From a virus, in IMG/VR virus record IMGVR_UViG_3300046457_000175, positions 1 to 64,000 of that record: 64,000 bases of DNA; one strand, given 5' to 3'. The position numbers were made by a program, and so were the translations under genes. The notes beneath the pieces were generated by a model that was not told the origin of the DNA, did no database searches, and saw nothing but the letters and a program-made list of their open reading frames with translations. Shown here piece by piece: positions 48,499 to 56,864 of the stretch (the first letter of the stretch is position 1; the number at the start of each line of letters is the position of its first letter).

Positions 48499-49326
48499 TC
48501 AGATCGCCACCTTCATCTTTCCCGGCATGCCTCGGGGCTTGATCGGCGCCTCCTCGGTCTCCCACCTGGCGTTGTTGATCCAGACGCTGGCTGCCGCGAT
48601 GAACTTGACGTTCCTCGGATCAGCCTTCACGTCGGCGTTCATGCGCTCGGCGTAGAAGCCAAGACCTTTCAGGATGTCCTCGAACTCGACCTCGTCGTCG
48701 CGCTCCAGCTTCTCCAGCTTGGTGTAGGCTGCCTTGCGGCTGTCACCCGGCTTCTTCGGATAGAGGGCCCAGAACTGCTTCCGGTAATCATCCGGCCAAG
48801 CCTTCGTCTTGCGGGGCTTGCTGGTTCTAGCTTTCGGTTCAGGTGATGGTTTTAAGTGATGGTTTAAGGTGTCATCCTGGTTGACACCCCTATGTCGCTT
48901 CGGTTGACGCCCGGTGTCGTCCAGGGTCTCACCAGCGTCGTCCTGGTTGCCACCCCTGTCATCCTGGTTGACACCCCCCGTGTCATCCTCGTTGACACCC
49001 TCTTCCTCGGCCGGGACCGGGCCGTCGTAGAGGTTGAGGACGTCCATGTGGATCGTGTACTCGGATGACCGGGTGCTGCCGTCAGGACGGACGCGAGCCT
49101 CGGCGGTGAGGATGCCGATCTCTTCCATCAGCTTGAGGTTCTTGTTCACGCAAGCCCTGCTCAAGCCGGTGATCCGGGCAATGGTGTTCTGGCGCGGATA
49201 GGCGCTGTCCTCGTCGCCGGCAAAATTGGCCAGGATCGTTAGGATGTGCCGCATGGTGGGGGTGACCCGCTTCGGACTGACGTCGACGAAGGACTCGATC
49301 ACCCAGTTGATCGCTCTGATGCTCAT
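48499..49326 (-). CDS. Replication initiator-like protein (N-terminal HTH, C-terminal FWALYPKK domain)
   Basis: IL..LAN.A...AYP....IARITGLSR..V...L..ME..G; FW..YP.K...AS.WIN..RW. Confidence 0.8.
   Translation of the reverse strand: MSIRAINWVIESFVDVSPKRVTPTMRHILTILANFAGDEDSAYPRQNTIARITGLSRACVNKNLKLMEEIGILTAEARVRPDGSTRSSEYTIHMDVLNLYDGPVPAEEEGVNEDDTGGVNQDDRGGNQDDAGETLDDTGRQPKRHRGVNQDDTLNHHLKPSPEPKARTSKPRKTKAWPDDYRKQFWALYPKKPGDSRKAAYTKLEKLERDDEVEFEDILKGLGFYAERMNADVKADPRNVKFIAAASVWINNARWETEEAPIKPRGMPGKMKVAI
48870..49001. repeat. Iteron-like repeats (TGTCA-TCCTGGT-TGACA-CCCC), probable origin of replication
   Basis: Near-perfect copies at 48870, 48957, 48981; degenerate copies at about 48894, 48915, 48936; adjacent AT-richer GTGATGGTTT(T)AAG x2. 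Confidence 0.72.
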
Positions 49327-49378
49327 GATGTTCCGTTGAATTTGCCCGCCGGTTTGACACCGTCGCGCGGCCGGTGTA

Positions 49379-49394
49379 TTTGCACGAATGCAAA
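49379..49394 (+). promoter_or_regulatory. Operator-like motif copy 15 (TTTGCACGAATGCAAA)
   Basis: In the divergent rep/ruvC spacer. Confidence 0.75.
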
Positions 49395-49452
49395 CTAAAA
49401 TGCAAGCCACGAGATGTGGTTGCTGCGACTTTCGAGTCACACCAGGGAACTC

Positions 49453-50064
49453 ATGAGCAAAATCCTCGTCGCCGGCCTCGATCCGGCTTTCGCCGCCTTT
49501 GGCATCAGCAGATTCTGGCTCGACCTGAACACCCTGGAGTTCACGTTCGACCGGTTCCGGACCATCTGGACCGAGAAACTGGCCGGCAAGAAGAAGGTTG
49601 TGCGCCAGAACTCCGACGACCTGCGCCGGGCCACTGAGCTGCATGACGCGCTCCACGAGGAGCTGGAAGGCTGCATGGTAGCCTTCGGTGAGATCCCGTC
49701 AGGATCCCAGCGCGCCCGGGCCGCCTTTGCTTTCGGCGCCGCGGTTGGCATCCTCGCATCGGTCAAGATCCCGTTGATCCAGGTTATGCCCCTGGAGACG
49801 AAGCTGGCGTCCGTGGGGAGCAAGACGGCCGAGAAGCCAGAGATCATCGCCTGGGCCGCCGAGCGCTTCCCTGAGGCTCCCTGGCAGCGCTACGAGGCCG
49901 ATACGAAGAACAAGAAGGGCGAGATCATCAACCGGGCAGGGGGTTTGCACGTTGACAATGAGCACGTCGCGGACGCCTGCGCGGTGCCGTACGCCGGCAT
50001 TCGAACTCCCGAGTTCAAGTCACTGCTTGCACTCTGGAAGGCGACCCAAATAAATCATCGTTGA
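49453..50064 (+). CDS. ruvC: RuvC-like Holliday junction resolvase
   Basis: VAGLDP...FG, FGE.P, V.P.E.K, A.K..II.WA, EHVADA. Confidence 0.82.
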   Translation: MSKILVAGLDPAFAAFGISRFWLDLNTLEFTFDRFRTIWTEKLAGKKKVVRQNSDDLRRATELHDALHEELEGCMVAFGEIPSGSQRARAAFAFGAAVGILASVKIPLIQVMPLETKLASVGSKTAEKPEIIAWAAERFPEAPWQRYEADTKNKKGEIINRAGGLHVDNEHVADACAVPYAGIRTPEFKSLLALWKATQINHR

Positions 50065-50149
50065 TATAGAGGGGCCCAGCGCCCCTCGTAAGCCATTGTT
50101 TCTGCTTCATTTCGCGATACTTCCGGGACGAAACCGGAACAAAAAAACA

Positions 50150-50165
50150 TTTGCAATCACGCGAA
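50150..50165 (-). promoter_or_regulatory. Operator-like motif copy 16, degenerate (top strand TTTGCAATCACGCGAA)
   Basis: Upstream of repressor gene. Confidence 0.5.
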
Positions 50166-50340
50166 ACCTATCGTATTTGCCGTTGTTAGCATCCACGCAA
50201 ACGGATGGACATGGGCAACGATGACTGCAAACACTTTACCCCTTTTCAGAATTTGCTGACTGTTCAGTATTGCACACAAGGGCCCCGCCTGGGGCTCACT
50301 AAGAACTTGTTATGCGAACCATGATAATGGAGGATCGCAA

Positions 50341-51054
50341 ATGGCATTGGCAGCGAGTCAAATGAAGAAGCAGACCCCGAAGGAGATCGTGATCGAATGG
50401 ATCGATCACATCCTCGATCGAAAGAAGTGGACTGGAACCGACCTCGCGCGGCACGCCGAGCTGGCTCCGTCAACGATTCTGCGTCTCCTCAACAACCCGA
50501 AGCATCCCTTCATCCCTACAGTCTCTACCCTGCGGAAGATCGCCGATGGCTCGGGTTACCCGATCCCGAAGAAGGTGATGGCCGCGCTCGGAGCTGAGGG
50601 TGAGATGGCGTCGTCCGCTGAGATGGAGCCCGATAACGTTCGTCGCCTCCACGTTCGTACGGCTCGGTCCGCCACGGTCGAGCTGCGCCATGTGTCGTCG
50701 CTGCCGGCCGCTCTGCAGTCCGCGGCGAACCCGCAGCGTGAGGGCTACGTGCCGGCTCCGCCCCAGCTTGAGGGGGACGAGACTGCCTTCGCCTTCCACA
50801 TGCCCGACAACTCGTTCGGCATGTGGTTCAAGACCGGCGGCCTGATGTACGCGACCAAGCGGCGCGATCCTCTGCCTGGCGACATGGTGATGGTCACGGA
50901 CAAGAACGGGAAGACCCGGGTTCGTCTGCTGATGGATATCACAGAGAACGGCCTGAAACTGACGAAGTCGATGCCGGAGAAGGAAGACGAAATCCTGACC
51001 TTTGACCAGGTCGCCGAGATCGCCATCGTCATCGTGACGGTTCGGCAGATATAA
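50341..51054 (+). CDS. cI-like repressor: Cro/C1-type HTH + S24-peptidase-like C-terminal domain
   Basis: TDLARHAELAPSTILR...P.VSTLRKIA; FAFHMPDNSF...GDMV. Confidence 0.8.
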   Translation: MALAASQMKKQTPKEIVIEWIDHILDRKKWTGTDLARHAELAPSTILRLLNNPKHPFIPTVSTLRKIADGSGYPIPKKVMAALGAEGEMASSAEMEPDNVRRLHVRTARSATVELRHVSSLPAALQSAANPQREGYVPAPPQLEGDETAFAFHMPDNSFGMWFKTGGLMYATKRRDPLPGDMVMVTDKNGKTRVRLLMDITENGLKLTKSMPEKEDEILTFDQVAEIAIVIVTVRQI

Positions 51055-51056
51055 TC

Positions 51057-51080
51057 GGGGGTCGCCTGTCGGCGGCCCTC
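51057..51080. terminator. Hairpin between convergent genes
   Basis: GGGGGTCGCC-tgtc-GGCGGCCCTC. Confidence 0.45.
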
Positions 51081-51456
51081 ACACCTCGAACAACTTCTCG
51101 ACCCGCTTTAGCATCATCCGGATCGTCTGCGGTGGCGATGTCATAACATCGACATTGAAGTCTTCTTCCAGCTGAGTGAGCTGCTTCAGCCATTCTTCAG
51201 CTTCCCGAACAGCGGGGAGATCGACCTGCGGCTCCCACCGCAGCCTCTGGATCTCAAGCGCTGTCTTCTGGATTTCGAAGTCCAGATAGTCGAGAAACTC
51301 TCGCAGCTGAACAGTCAGTCGTTCAACCGCCGGCTCTATCACCATCAAGGACTCGCAGATGTCCGACATGATGCCAGGAAGGCGATCCTTGAACTTTGGG
51401 TTAATTGGACGCGGCACCGTTTCCGGCATCGCCGCAACACTGTTCTTCATCGTCAT
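51079..51456 (-). CDS. Hypothetical helical protein
   Basis: ATGA coupling to cro-like gene. Confidence 0.55.
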   Translation of the reverse strand: MTMKNSVAAMPETVPRPINPKFKDRLPGIMSDICESLMVIEPAVERLTVQLREFLDYLDFEIQKTALEIQRLRWEPQVDLPAVREAEEWLKQLTQLEEDFNVDVMTSPPQTIRMMLKRVEKLFEV

Positions 51457-51734
51457 GCGTCCACCTTATTACGCAGTTTTTTGCGACGCTCCCGGCCCTC
51501 GACAGCATTGAGGTCAGACTTCGTCGGCTTGAACGGCTGCAATCCTCGATCGATTGCCGACAGCGCGAGCGCCGTGGCTTTCGTTACGCCACGTTGCTCG
51601 TACATGCCGACCGCCTGAGTCGTCAGACCAAGCCAGTCAGCCAGGTCTGATTGCGTGAGACTTCGCGAAATCCGGAACGCTTTTACTTCCTCGCCAGTGA
51701 GGTACTTCTTCGATGCGTTGCGACTGAGCGCCAT
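51453..51734 (-). CDS. Small Cro/XRE-family HTH regulator
   Basis: VKAFRISRSLTQSDLADWLGLTTQAVGMYE. Confidence 0.82.
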   Translation of the reverse strand: MALSRNASKKYLTGEEVKAFRISRSLTQSDLADWLGLTTQAVGMYEQRGVTKATALALSAIDRGLQPFKPTKSDLNAVEGRERRKKLRNKVDA

Positions 51735-51793
51735 TGCTGACCTCTTCCTAAAAGGCACGACAAAATTGCATTCCTACCGGACAGGCCGGGTAC

Positions 51794-52081
51794 TCACTCC
51801 ACACACACTGGCAGCGGCCGAATGCCTACTCCGCAGGCGGGACACCATCTCCTGGCGCTTCCCCTGTTTTTCAGCTTTCGTTCGAAGGTTCTCGACGCTC
51901 CCGGGAAAAATGTGGCGACATGCACGCGGCTGCCAGCTGCTACAGCAGCCTTTACCAGCGGCGAGCCGCGCCCCGCGAGATGCTGCTGAAGTCTTCGTTC
52001 AGGCGTTTCATCCTCGCAGAATCCGATGTAGTGTCCAGCATGCTGATAGCTGGGATCGAAGTGCAGTAGATAGACACTCAT
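51794..52081 (-). CDS. GIY-YIG-like nuclease
   Basis: VYLLHF...HYIG...RRLQQH..G.GS. Confidence 0.75.
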   Translation of the reverse strand: MSVYLLHFDPSYQHAGHYIGFCEDETPERRLQQHLAGRGSPLVKAAVAAGSRVHVATFFPGASRTFERKLKNRGSARRWCPACGVGIRPLPVCVE

Positions 52082-52284
52082 TTGCTTTCTCGCAACGTCG
52101 GCGTGGGCAGTGTCTCTGCCTTTGGCGCAGGCCTGATCCGCGCCAGATGCTTCAATTTCCACTGATCGCGAACAATTAGGACCAGTTCGGACCGAGGTGC
52201 TGGCTCAGATACCGCTCGCCACCGCGGGCCAGGACTTGTGAGCGCCCAGACGACGTACAGCGCGGGCATCGGCTTCGGCTTCAT
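52078..52284 (-). CDS. Hypothetical protein
   Basis: GGAGG RBS. Confidence 0.55.
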   Translation of the reverse strand: MKPKPMPALYVVWALTSPGPRWRAVSEPAPRSELVLIVRDQWKLKHLARIRPAPKAETLPTPTLRESK

Positions 52285-52577
52285 GTTGCCTCCTTTATTT
52301 TGATGAAGTTGGTGATTGGGCCGTCGCCCTCGTCGAACACATTGACGATGCCGCGACCCTCCAACTCGTTGATGGGAATCCACATCGTGAAGGTGAGGCC
52401 CTGAGGCGGGGCTACGTGCTCGATGCACTCGATGAGTCCGTCAGCACCGGGGAGGGTGGTCTGCTCGTTGTCATCGTGATCGGCGCCTGTGCAGGCACCG
52501 AGCATCGTCACACGCTGGCCGACCTTGAAGCCCTCGGCTTCCGGCAGACCATGGCGGTGGTCGAGCTGCCTATCCAT
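52281..52577 (-). CDS. Hypothetical protein (SH3/KOW-like)
   Basis: FKVGQRV..L pattern. Confidence 0.5.
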   Translation of the reverse strand: MDRQLDHRHGLPEAEGFKVGQRVTMLGACTGADHDDNEQTTLPGADGLIECIEHVAPPQGLTFTMWIPINELEGRGIVNVFDEGDGPITNFIKIKEAT

Positions 52578-52953
52578 AGACGATGTCCCCGAGCACGCAG
52601 GCCTGGAGGAAGACGTCTGCTGTCTCGGCGTCGCCGGTCTCCTTGACGATCTCCTCGATGCGATCGAGGTGATTGTCGGCGAGCCACTGCAAGCCCTTCT
52701 GCAGAGACTCCGGCGTGAAGAAGAGCTTCGTGCCGTCCTCTGCATCAGCGACCTCGATCCTGAAGTCGCCAGCCCAGATCGTCTCGTCGTCGTACCAGGG
52801 GCTGACCTTGGTCTTGATCTTCCTTCCGTCCGCTGGCTTGAAGCTACCGCACCAGTAGCCGGAGCCGCCCTCGATCGCCGTCACGATCTGGTCGGTGATC
52901 TTGCGCCAGGTGAGCCCGTTGATGGTCAGCGGGATTGTCGTTGTGTCAGTCAT
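52570..52953 (-). CDS. Conserved phage hypothetical protein
   Basis: AIEGGSGYW...DAETADVFLQ..VLGDIVYG. Confidence 0.72.
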   Translation of the reverse strand: MTDTTTIPLTINGLTWRKITDQIVTAIEGGSGYWCGSFKPADGRKIKTKVSPWYDDETIWAGDFRIEVADAEDGTKLFFTPESLQKGLQWLADNHLDRIEEIVKETGDAETADVFLQACVLGDIVYG

Positions 52954-52962
52954 GTGTACCTC

Positions 52963-53160
52963 TCAGGCGAAGTCGAGTTCGCCGTATCCATCTTCTGTGA
53001 AACGGTTGGATCGTCGGTGCTCCCCGGATCGTCGGGGCGAAGATCTCCGCTCACCTCTGCTGGTGGTGATGACCTCGGAGACACTCGCCTCGTCGAACTC
53101 CTCGTCGAGGAGCGTGACGGTGTCCCAGCTGAAGTCGCCTGGGCGTCGGGGGTTTTTCAT
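52963..53160 (-). CDS. Hypothetical protein
   Basis: AAGGAGG RBS with ATGA overlap. Confidence 0.45.
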   Translation of the reverse strand: MKNPRRPGDFSWDTVTLLDEEFDEASVSEVITTSRGERRSSPRRSGEHRRSNRFTEDGYGELDFA

Positions 53161-53915
53161 GCTGCCTCCTTGGCGCGCTCGAAGTTCTTCGCGCCGACGC
53201 CGTGTGCGATGATGGTGATGTCCGATTTGGCCTTGGTCCGAGCGCCCCCGCAGAGGAGGCACTGCGCGCACTGCGTCGCCTTGCCCATCTCCTTGCTCGC
53301 CGGGCAGTGGCCTTCGCCGCTCAGCTTCGGTTCGTCCTTGCCGCGGACACGAAAGGTCCGGAAGCCGAGAGCCTTGGCTTCTTCGCGATCCTGCTCGCTG
53401 TCGCAGGACGCCATGCAGAATGCCGACAGCGTCGGATACTGGCGCCACAGATGCGTGTAGCCAGACAGCTCGGTCACGAGATCGAGGGACTGCTCCCAGA
53501 CGTGGAAGGGGACAGCGCCGGGATCGCCATAGGCGCCCAGCCGAACCCGCCTGTGAGCCAGCAGCTTGCGTGCCTTGGCCAGGGGGACATCGGGATAGAT
53601 GCCACGGGAGAACGCATCCCAGACCACGCGCGGGCCCTGGAATAGGGTCACGTAGCAGGACCGGCCGACGTTCTTGCGCTCGCCAGTCTTCAGGTCGGTG
53701 ACGATCTTGCCGCGATGGCCGCAGCCGCCGCAGATCGACACATCGTCGCCAGTCTGCACCGCCTTGAGCGGGCTCTGGTCAGCCCGCATGATGTAGACCT
53801 GGATCATGTGGCCGGTTTTGGAATTGTTGCCACCGGTCATCAGGCCGGTTGCGATCACGATGATCGGCTGCTCGTCGATCACTGATGGGCCACGGTAAAG
53901 AACGAAACCGTTCAT
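53157..53915 (-). CDS. Cys-rich conserved phage protein, possibly Fe-S / radical-SAM-like
   Basis: N.KTG.M.Q, ICGGCGHR..CYV, VRLG.YGDP, GYTH.W, MAS.DS, CPAS..QCAQCLLC. Confidence 0.6.
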   Translation of the reverse strand: MNGFVLYRGPSVIDEQPIIVIATGLMTGGNNSKTGHMIQVYIMRADQSPLKAVQTGDDVSICGGCGHRGKIVTDLKTGERKNVGRSCYVTLFQGPRVVWDAFSRGIYPDVPLAKARKLLAHRRVRLGAYGDPGAVPFHVWEQSLDLVTELSGYTHLWRQYPTLSAFCMASCDSEQDREEAKALGFRTFRVRGKDEPKLSGEGHCPASKEMGKATQCAQCLLCGGARTKAKSDITIIAHGVGAKNFERAKEAA

Positions 53916-53928
53916 GGGTCTCTCCTCG

Positions 53929-53944
53929 TTTGTATTCATGCAAA
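53929..53944 (-). promoter_or_regulatory. Operator-like motif copy 17 (top strand TTTGTATTCATGCAAA)
   Basis: Overlaps upstream stop; precedes GAGGAG RBS. Confidence 0.7.
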
Positions 53945-54307
53945 GCTCGGGACAAGCCGATCCAGCGGATGCGGCTCAGTGAGCGACAGCTCAATCTGCG
54001 CTCGGCGGAGCTGGTTGGTGACGATGCGGATTTGCTTGCGCTTGCGGGCCTTGAAGTCGTTGATCGCGTCTTCTTCGGTCTCCGAAAACTTTTTCTTGAA
54101 TGCGGTGAGCAGTTGGAACTCACCGCACACCCAGGCGCCTTTCGGCGTCCGGCGATCGACGGGGTACCACCGCAACTCCAGGCGCGGGGCGGTGAACCCG
54201 TACTGCTCGCGATCGGCATCGATGATGTAGGAGTAGCTCTGGGCCTCGCACCGCCAGAGAGCGTCGACTCCCTCTGGCGGTTTGCCGTGCGGATGGTGCA
54301 GCCTCAC
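53936..54307 (-). CDS. Hypothetical protein
   Basis: GTGA overlap with helicase stop; PV.RRTPKGAW motif. Confidence 0.55.
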   Translation of the reverse strand: MRLHHPHGKPPEGVDALWRCEAQSYSYIIDADREQYGFTAPRLELRWYPVDRRTPKGAWVCGEFQLLTAFKKKFSETEEDAINDFKARKRKQIRIVTNQLRRAQIELSLTEPHPLDRLVPSFA

Positions 54308-55890
54308 GCTGCCTTCTCCTTCGGCTGCTTCACGTTGTCGTTGACAGCCTTCTGCTTCGGCATCGGCGGCAGCAGGTCGATCAGCTCGCCCATGGAGCGG
54401 GTGGCTGCGACATACTGAAGGTGCTTCTCCTGCTCCATTTCCCAGTCCATCGAGGCATACTTCGAAGGGCAGGTGTTGAACCGATCGAGCCAGAAGACCC
54501 GCTTCCATTCACGTCCCTTGGCTCGATGGATGGTCGACAGCGTCAGGATGCCGGTCACGTTGTCGGCGAAGATGTTGTCGATGTAGGCGACGACATCCGT
54601 GATCCTGTGGAGCTTGGCCTCACGGCAGGCATCCATCACGACCTTGAGCGTCTCGACCTTGTCCTCGGCCTCCTGGACCTTGGACATTTTCTTCTTGGGC
54701 AGCCACTTCGCCCGCTCTTTCTCCAGCCATTCCTCGAGTTTTTCTTCGAGGGCCGAGATGTTGGCGATCGACTTCCATCGGGTAGCCAGCTTCTTCAGCT
54801 GCTCGCCGATGTCCCGGCCTTCGATCCGGCAGGGGATCTTGGCGCGGATCAGTGCGAATGCCGCGGTGACCAACGGTCGAGTGTTACGGCAGAGGATCGA
54901 GGAGTCGCCGTCCAGGCGGGCCGGATTGAGCATCATCTGCTCGAAGCCCTCCAGAGTGACTGACCCCTCCGGCGCGGACTCGTGAGCCTGGATGTGGTTG
55001 ACCCACGTCTGAGCCATCTTGACCACCGCCTTGGGGCACCGGTAGGTGACCGTCAGCGGCATCTCCTTGGCATTGAAGTCCTGCTTGATGATCTCGATGC
55101 TGTCGTTGTCGGCGCCCGTGAAGCCGTAGATGGCCTGATGGGGATCACCGACCGCGAACAGTCGAGCGCGGGGCTTCATCAGGGCCTTCGCCAGCAGCCG
55201 GCGCACCGTGTTGGTGTCCTGCGCCTCGTCGATCCAGACGTTGTCGTATTGGAAGAACCTGATCTGGTAGATCAGGGGCAAGTAGATCATGTCGTCGAAG
55301 TCGATGATCTCCGGCTCGGAGTTCGATGCCTTCAACACCTCGATCGACAGGTCGATGAGAGCGTCGGCCTTCTTTGCCAGCTCCTCGCTGTCGAACAGAT
55401 CGAAGTGCTCGACGATGTCCTCCCAGATGGAGGTGTCGTCGATGTGGCCGTAACCCTGGATACCGACGCCGCTCTGCTTGGCGAGCGAGACCAGATGGCA
55501 GACGACGGAAGCGTGGAACGCCAGGTCGGAGCCGATCTTGCCGGACTCGATCCAGCCCTCGGTGATGTTGGCGACCTTCTCCTTCACCGTGCGGACCTTG
55601 GGGAACGCCTTGCGGTAGTTCCGGAAGCCGATGGAGTGTACGGTTGCGGCCTCGGCCTTCTTCCAGTCGATGCCGGCCTGCTGAAGCTTGCCCTTGATCT
55701 CCTCGGCAATCTTCTTGTTGAAGGACAGGATGATGGAGGAGCCCCGCATGCGCTCCACCGTCTTGATGATGGTGGTGGTCTTGCCGGCGCCGGCCACGGC
55801 GATCAGCACCAGGGAGCTGGTACCGTTCCAGGCTTCGTGCTGGAACGCCGCCTGCTGCGGGGATGGAACCCAAATTGATGGAGCTTGCAT
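54304..55890 (-). CDS. UvrD/Rep-like SF1 helicase
   Basis: AVAGAGKTT, SFNK, T.HS.G, IDEAQD, VGDPHQAIYGF.GA, TYRCP, STIHRAKGREW, YVAATR. Confidence 0.93.
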   Translation of the reverse strand: MQAPSIWVPSPQQAAFQHEAWNGTSSLVLIAVAGAGKTTTIIKTVERMRGSSIILSFNKKIAEEIKGKLQQAGIDWKKAEAATVHSIGFRNYRKAFPKVRTVKEKVANITEGWIESGKIGSDLAFHASVVCHLVSLAKQSGVGIQGYGHIDDTSIWEDIVEHFDLFDSEELAKKADALIDLSIEVLKASNSEPEIIDFDDMIYLPLIYQIRFFQYDNVWIDEAQDTNTVRRLLAKALMKPRARLFAVGDPHQAIYGFTGADNDSIEIIKQDFNAKEMPLTVTYRCPKAVVKMAQTWVNHIQAHESAPEGSVTLEGFEQMMLNPARLDGDSSILCRNTRPLVTAAFALIRAKIPCRIEGRDIGEQLKKLATRWKSIANISALEEKLEEWLEKERAKWLPKKKMSKVQEAEDKVETLKVVMDACREAKLHRITDVVAYIDNIFADNVTGILTLSTIHRAKGREWKRVFWLDRFNTCPSKYASMDWEMEQEKHLQYVAATRSMGELIDLLPPMPKQKAVNDNVKQPKEKAA

Positions 55891-55932
55891 GGTCCTCGTC
55901 TCGGTCTTTGGTGGGGGACGGTTAGCATTGCG

Positions 55933-55948
55933 TTTGCATTCAAGCAAA
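55933..55948 (-). promoter_or_regulatory. Operator-like motif copy 18 (top strand TTTGCATTCAAGCAAA)
   Basis: Intergenic, upstream of helicase. Confidence 0.78.
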
Positions 55949-55955
55949 CAAAAAA

Positions 55956-56375
55956 TCAAACGTCGACGGTCTCATTGGTCAGGGCGACGTCTAGCTGTGC
56001 CGGCGACAGGCTGGCGACCATGCCGGGCATCTCGATCGCCCGGAGAGCCTTCAGAGCCTTGACGATGCGGTTGGCCTTCTCCTCGGAGCGAGGCTTGGCG
56101 ATCAGCTCGCGGCCCTCGAAGATCAGCCAGCAGTTGTCGTAGATGTCCTGGATCGCGAACACCTCGTCGTTCTCGCCGAAGAAGATGGTCTTGATCTCCG
56201 GAGTGAGGTACTGCGACTGGACCATCGACGCATAGCAGTGCTTGTCGAGCAGCCCTTTGTTGATCAGGCTTTTCGCCGAATTGACGTAGCCCTTGGACAG
56301 ATACAGCGTGTTCATTGGCTCGGCGATCACACGAGCGATGATGCGCTCTTGCAGCTTAGTGAGGGTCTTGGCCAT
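55956..56375 (-). CDS. Hypothetical protein
   Basis: GGAGG RBS. Confidence 0.6.
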   Translation of the reverse strand: MAKTLTKLQERIIARVIAEPMNTLYLSKGYVNSAKSLINKGLLDKHCYASMVQSQYLTPEIKTIFFGENDEVFAIQDIYDNCWLIFEGRELIAKPRSEEKANRIVKALKALRAIEMPGMVASLSPAQLDVALTNETVDV

Positions 56376-56391
56376 TTCAATCCTCCTTGTC

Positions 56392-56407
56392 TTTGCATGC
56401 ATGCAAG
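56392..56407 (-). promoter_or_regulatory. Operator-like motif copy 19 (top strand TTTGCATGCATGCAAG)
   Basis: Directly upstream of RBS. Confidence 0.7.
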
Positions 56408-56442
56408 TGGCCGGGCAGCGTGAGCCACCCGGCCAGATGCGA

Positions 56443-56850
56443 TTACAGCTCGGCGGCGAGCTTGCGGAGTTCCTCCAGGGACGACCCGCCCAGCTTCTCG
56501 GCCTCCTTGGCGGCGATCAGCGCCAGGATCTGCTGCTTCTTCTCGCGGTTCGACGCGGTCTCGGCAGCCTTCTCGGCCTCGCCCTGCTTCGTCTCGACGA
56601 CGTACTTGACGATGTCGAAGGCGAGCTGCGTCTCGTTGTCGGCTTTGCGGCCGGAGCTGAGGAACGGCAGATCGTCGTCGCTGCTGTCCTTCAGCCGGCG
56701 GTTCAGCTCACGCGCGATGCTGGCAAGATCATTGCCGGCCTTCGCCTTGGTGGTGATGGGCAGATCCCACAGCTGCTCCGCCGTGATGCCGCCGACCGCC
56801 GCCGGGAAACGGATCTTGAGGCGCGCGGCCTTCTCGAACAAGTCTGACAT
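56443..56850 (-). CDS. Conserved phage protein (FEKA.RLK.RF...EQLWDLP), partner of upstream large gene
   Basis: Motif recognition; C-terminal coiled coil. Confidence 0.7.
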   Translation of the reverse strand: MSDLFEKAARLKIRFPAAVGGITAEQLWDLPITTKAKAGNDLASIARELNRRLKDSSDDDLPFLSSGRKADNETQLAFDIVKYVVETKQGEAEKAAETASNREKKQQILALIAAKEAEKLGGSSLEELRKLAAEL

Positions 56851-56864
56851 TTTAGTCCTTTCGC

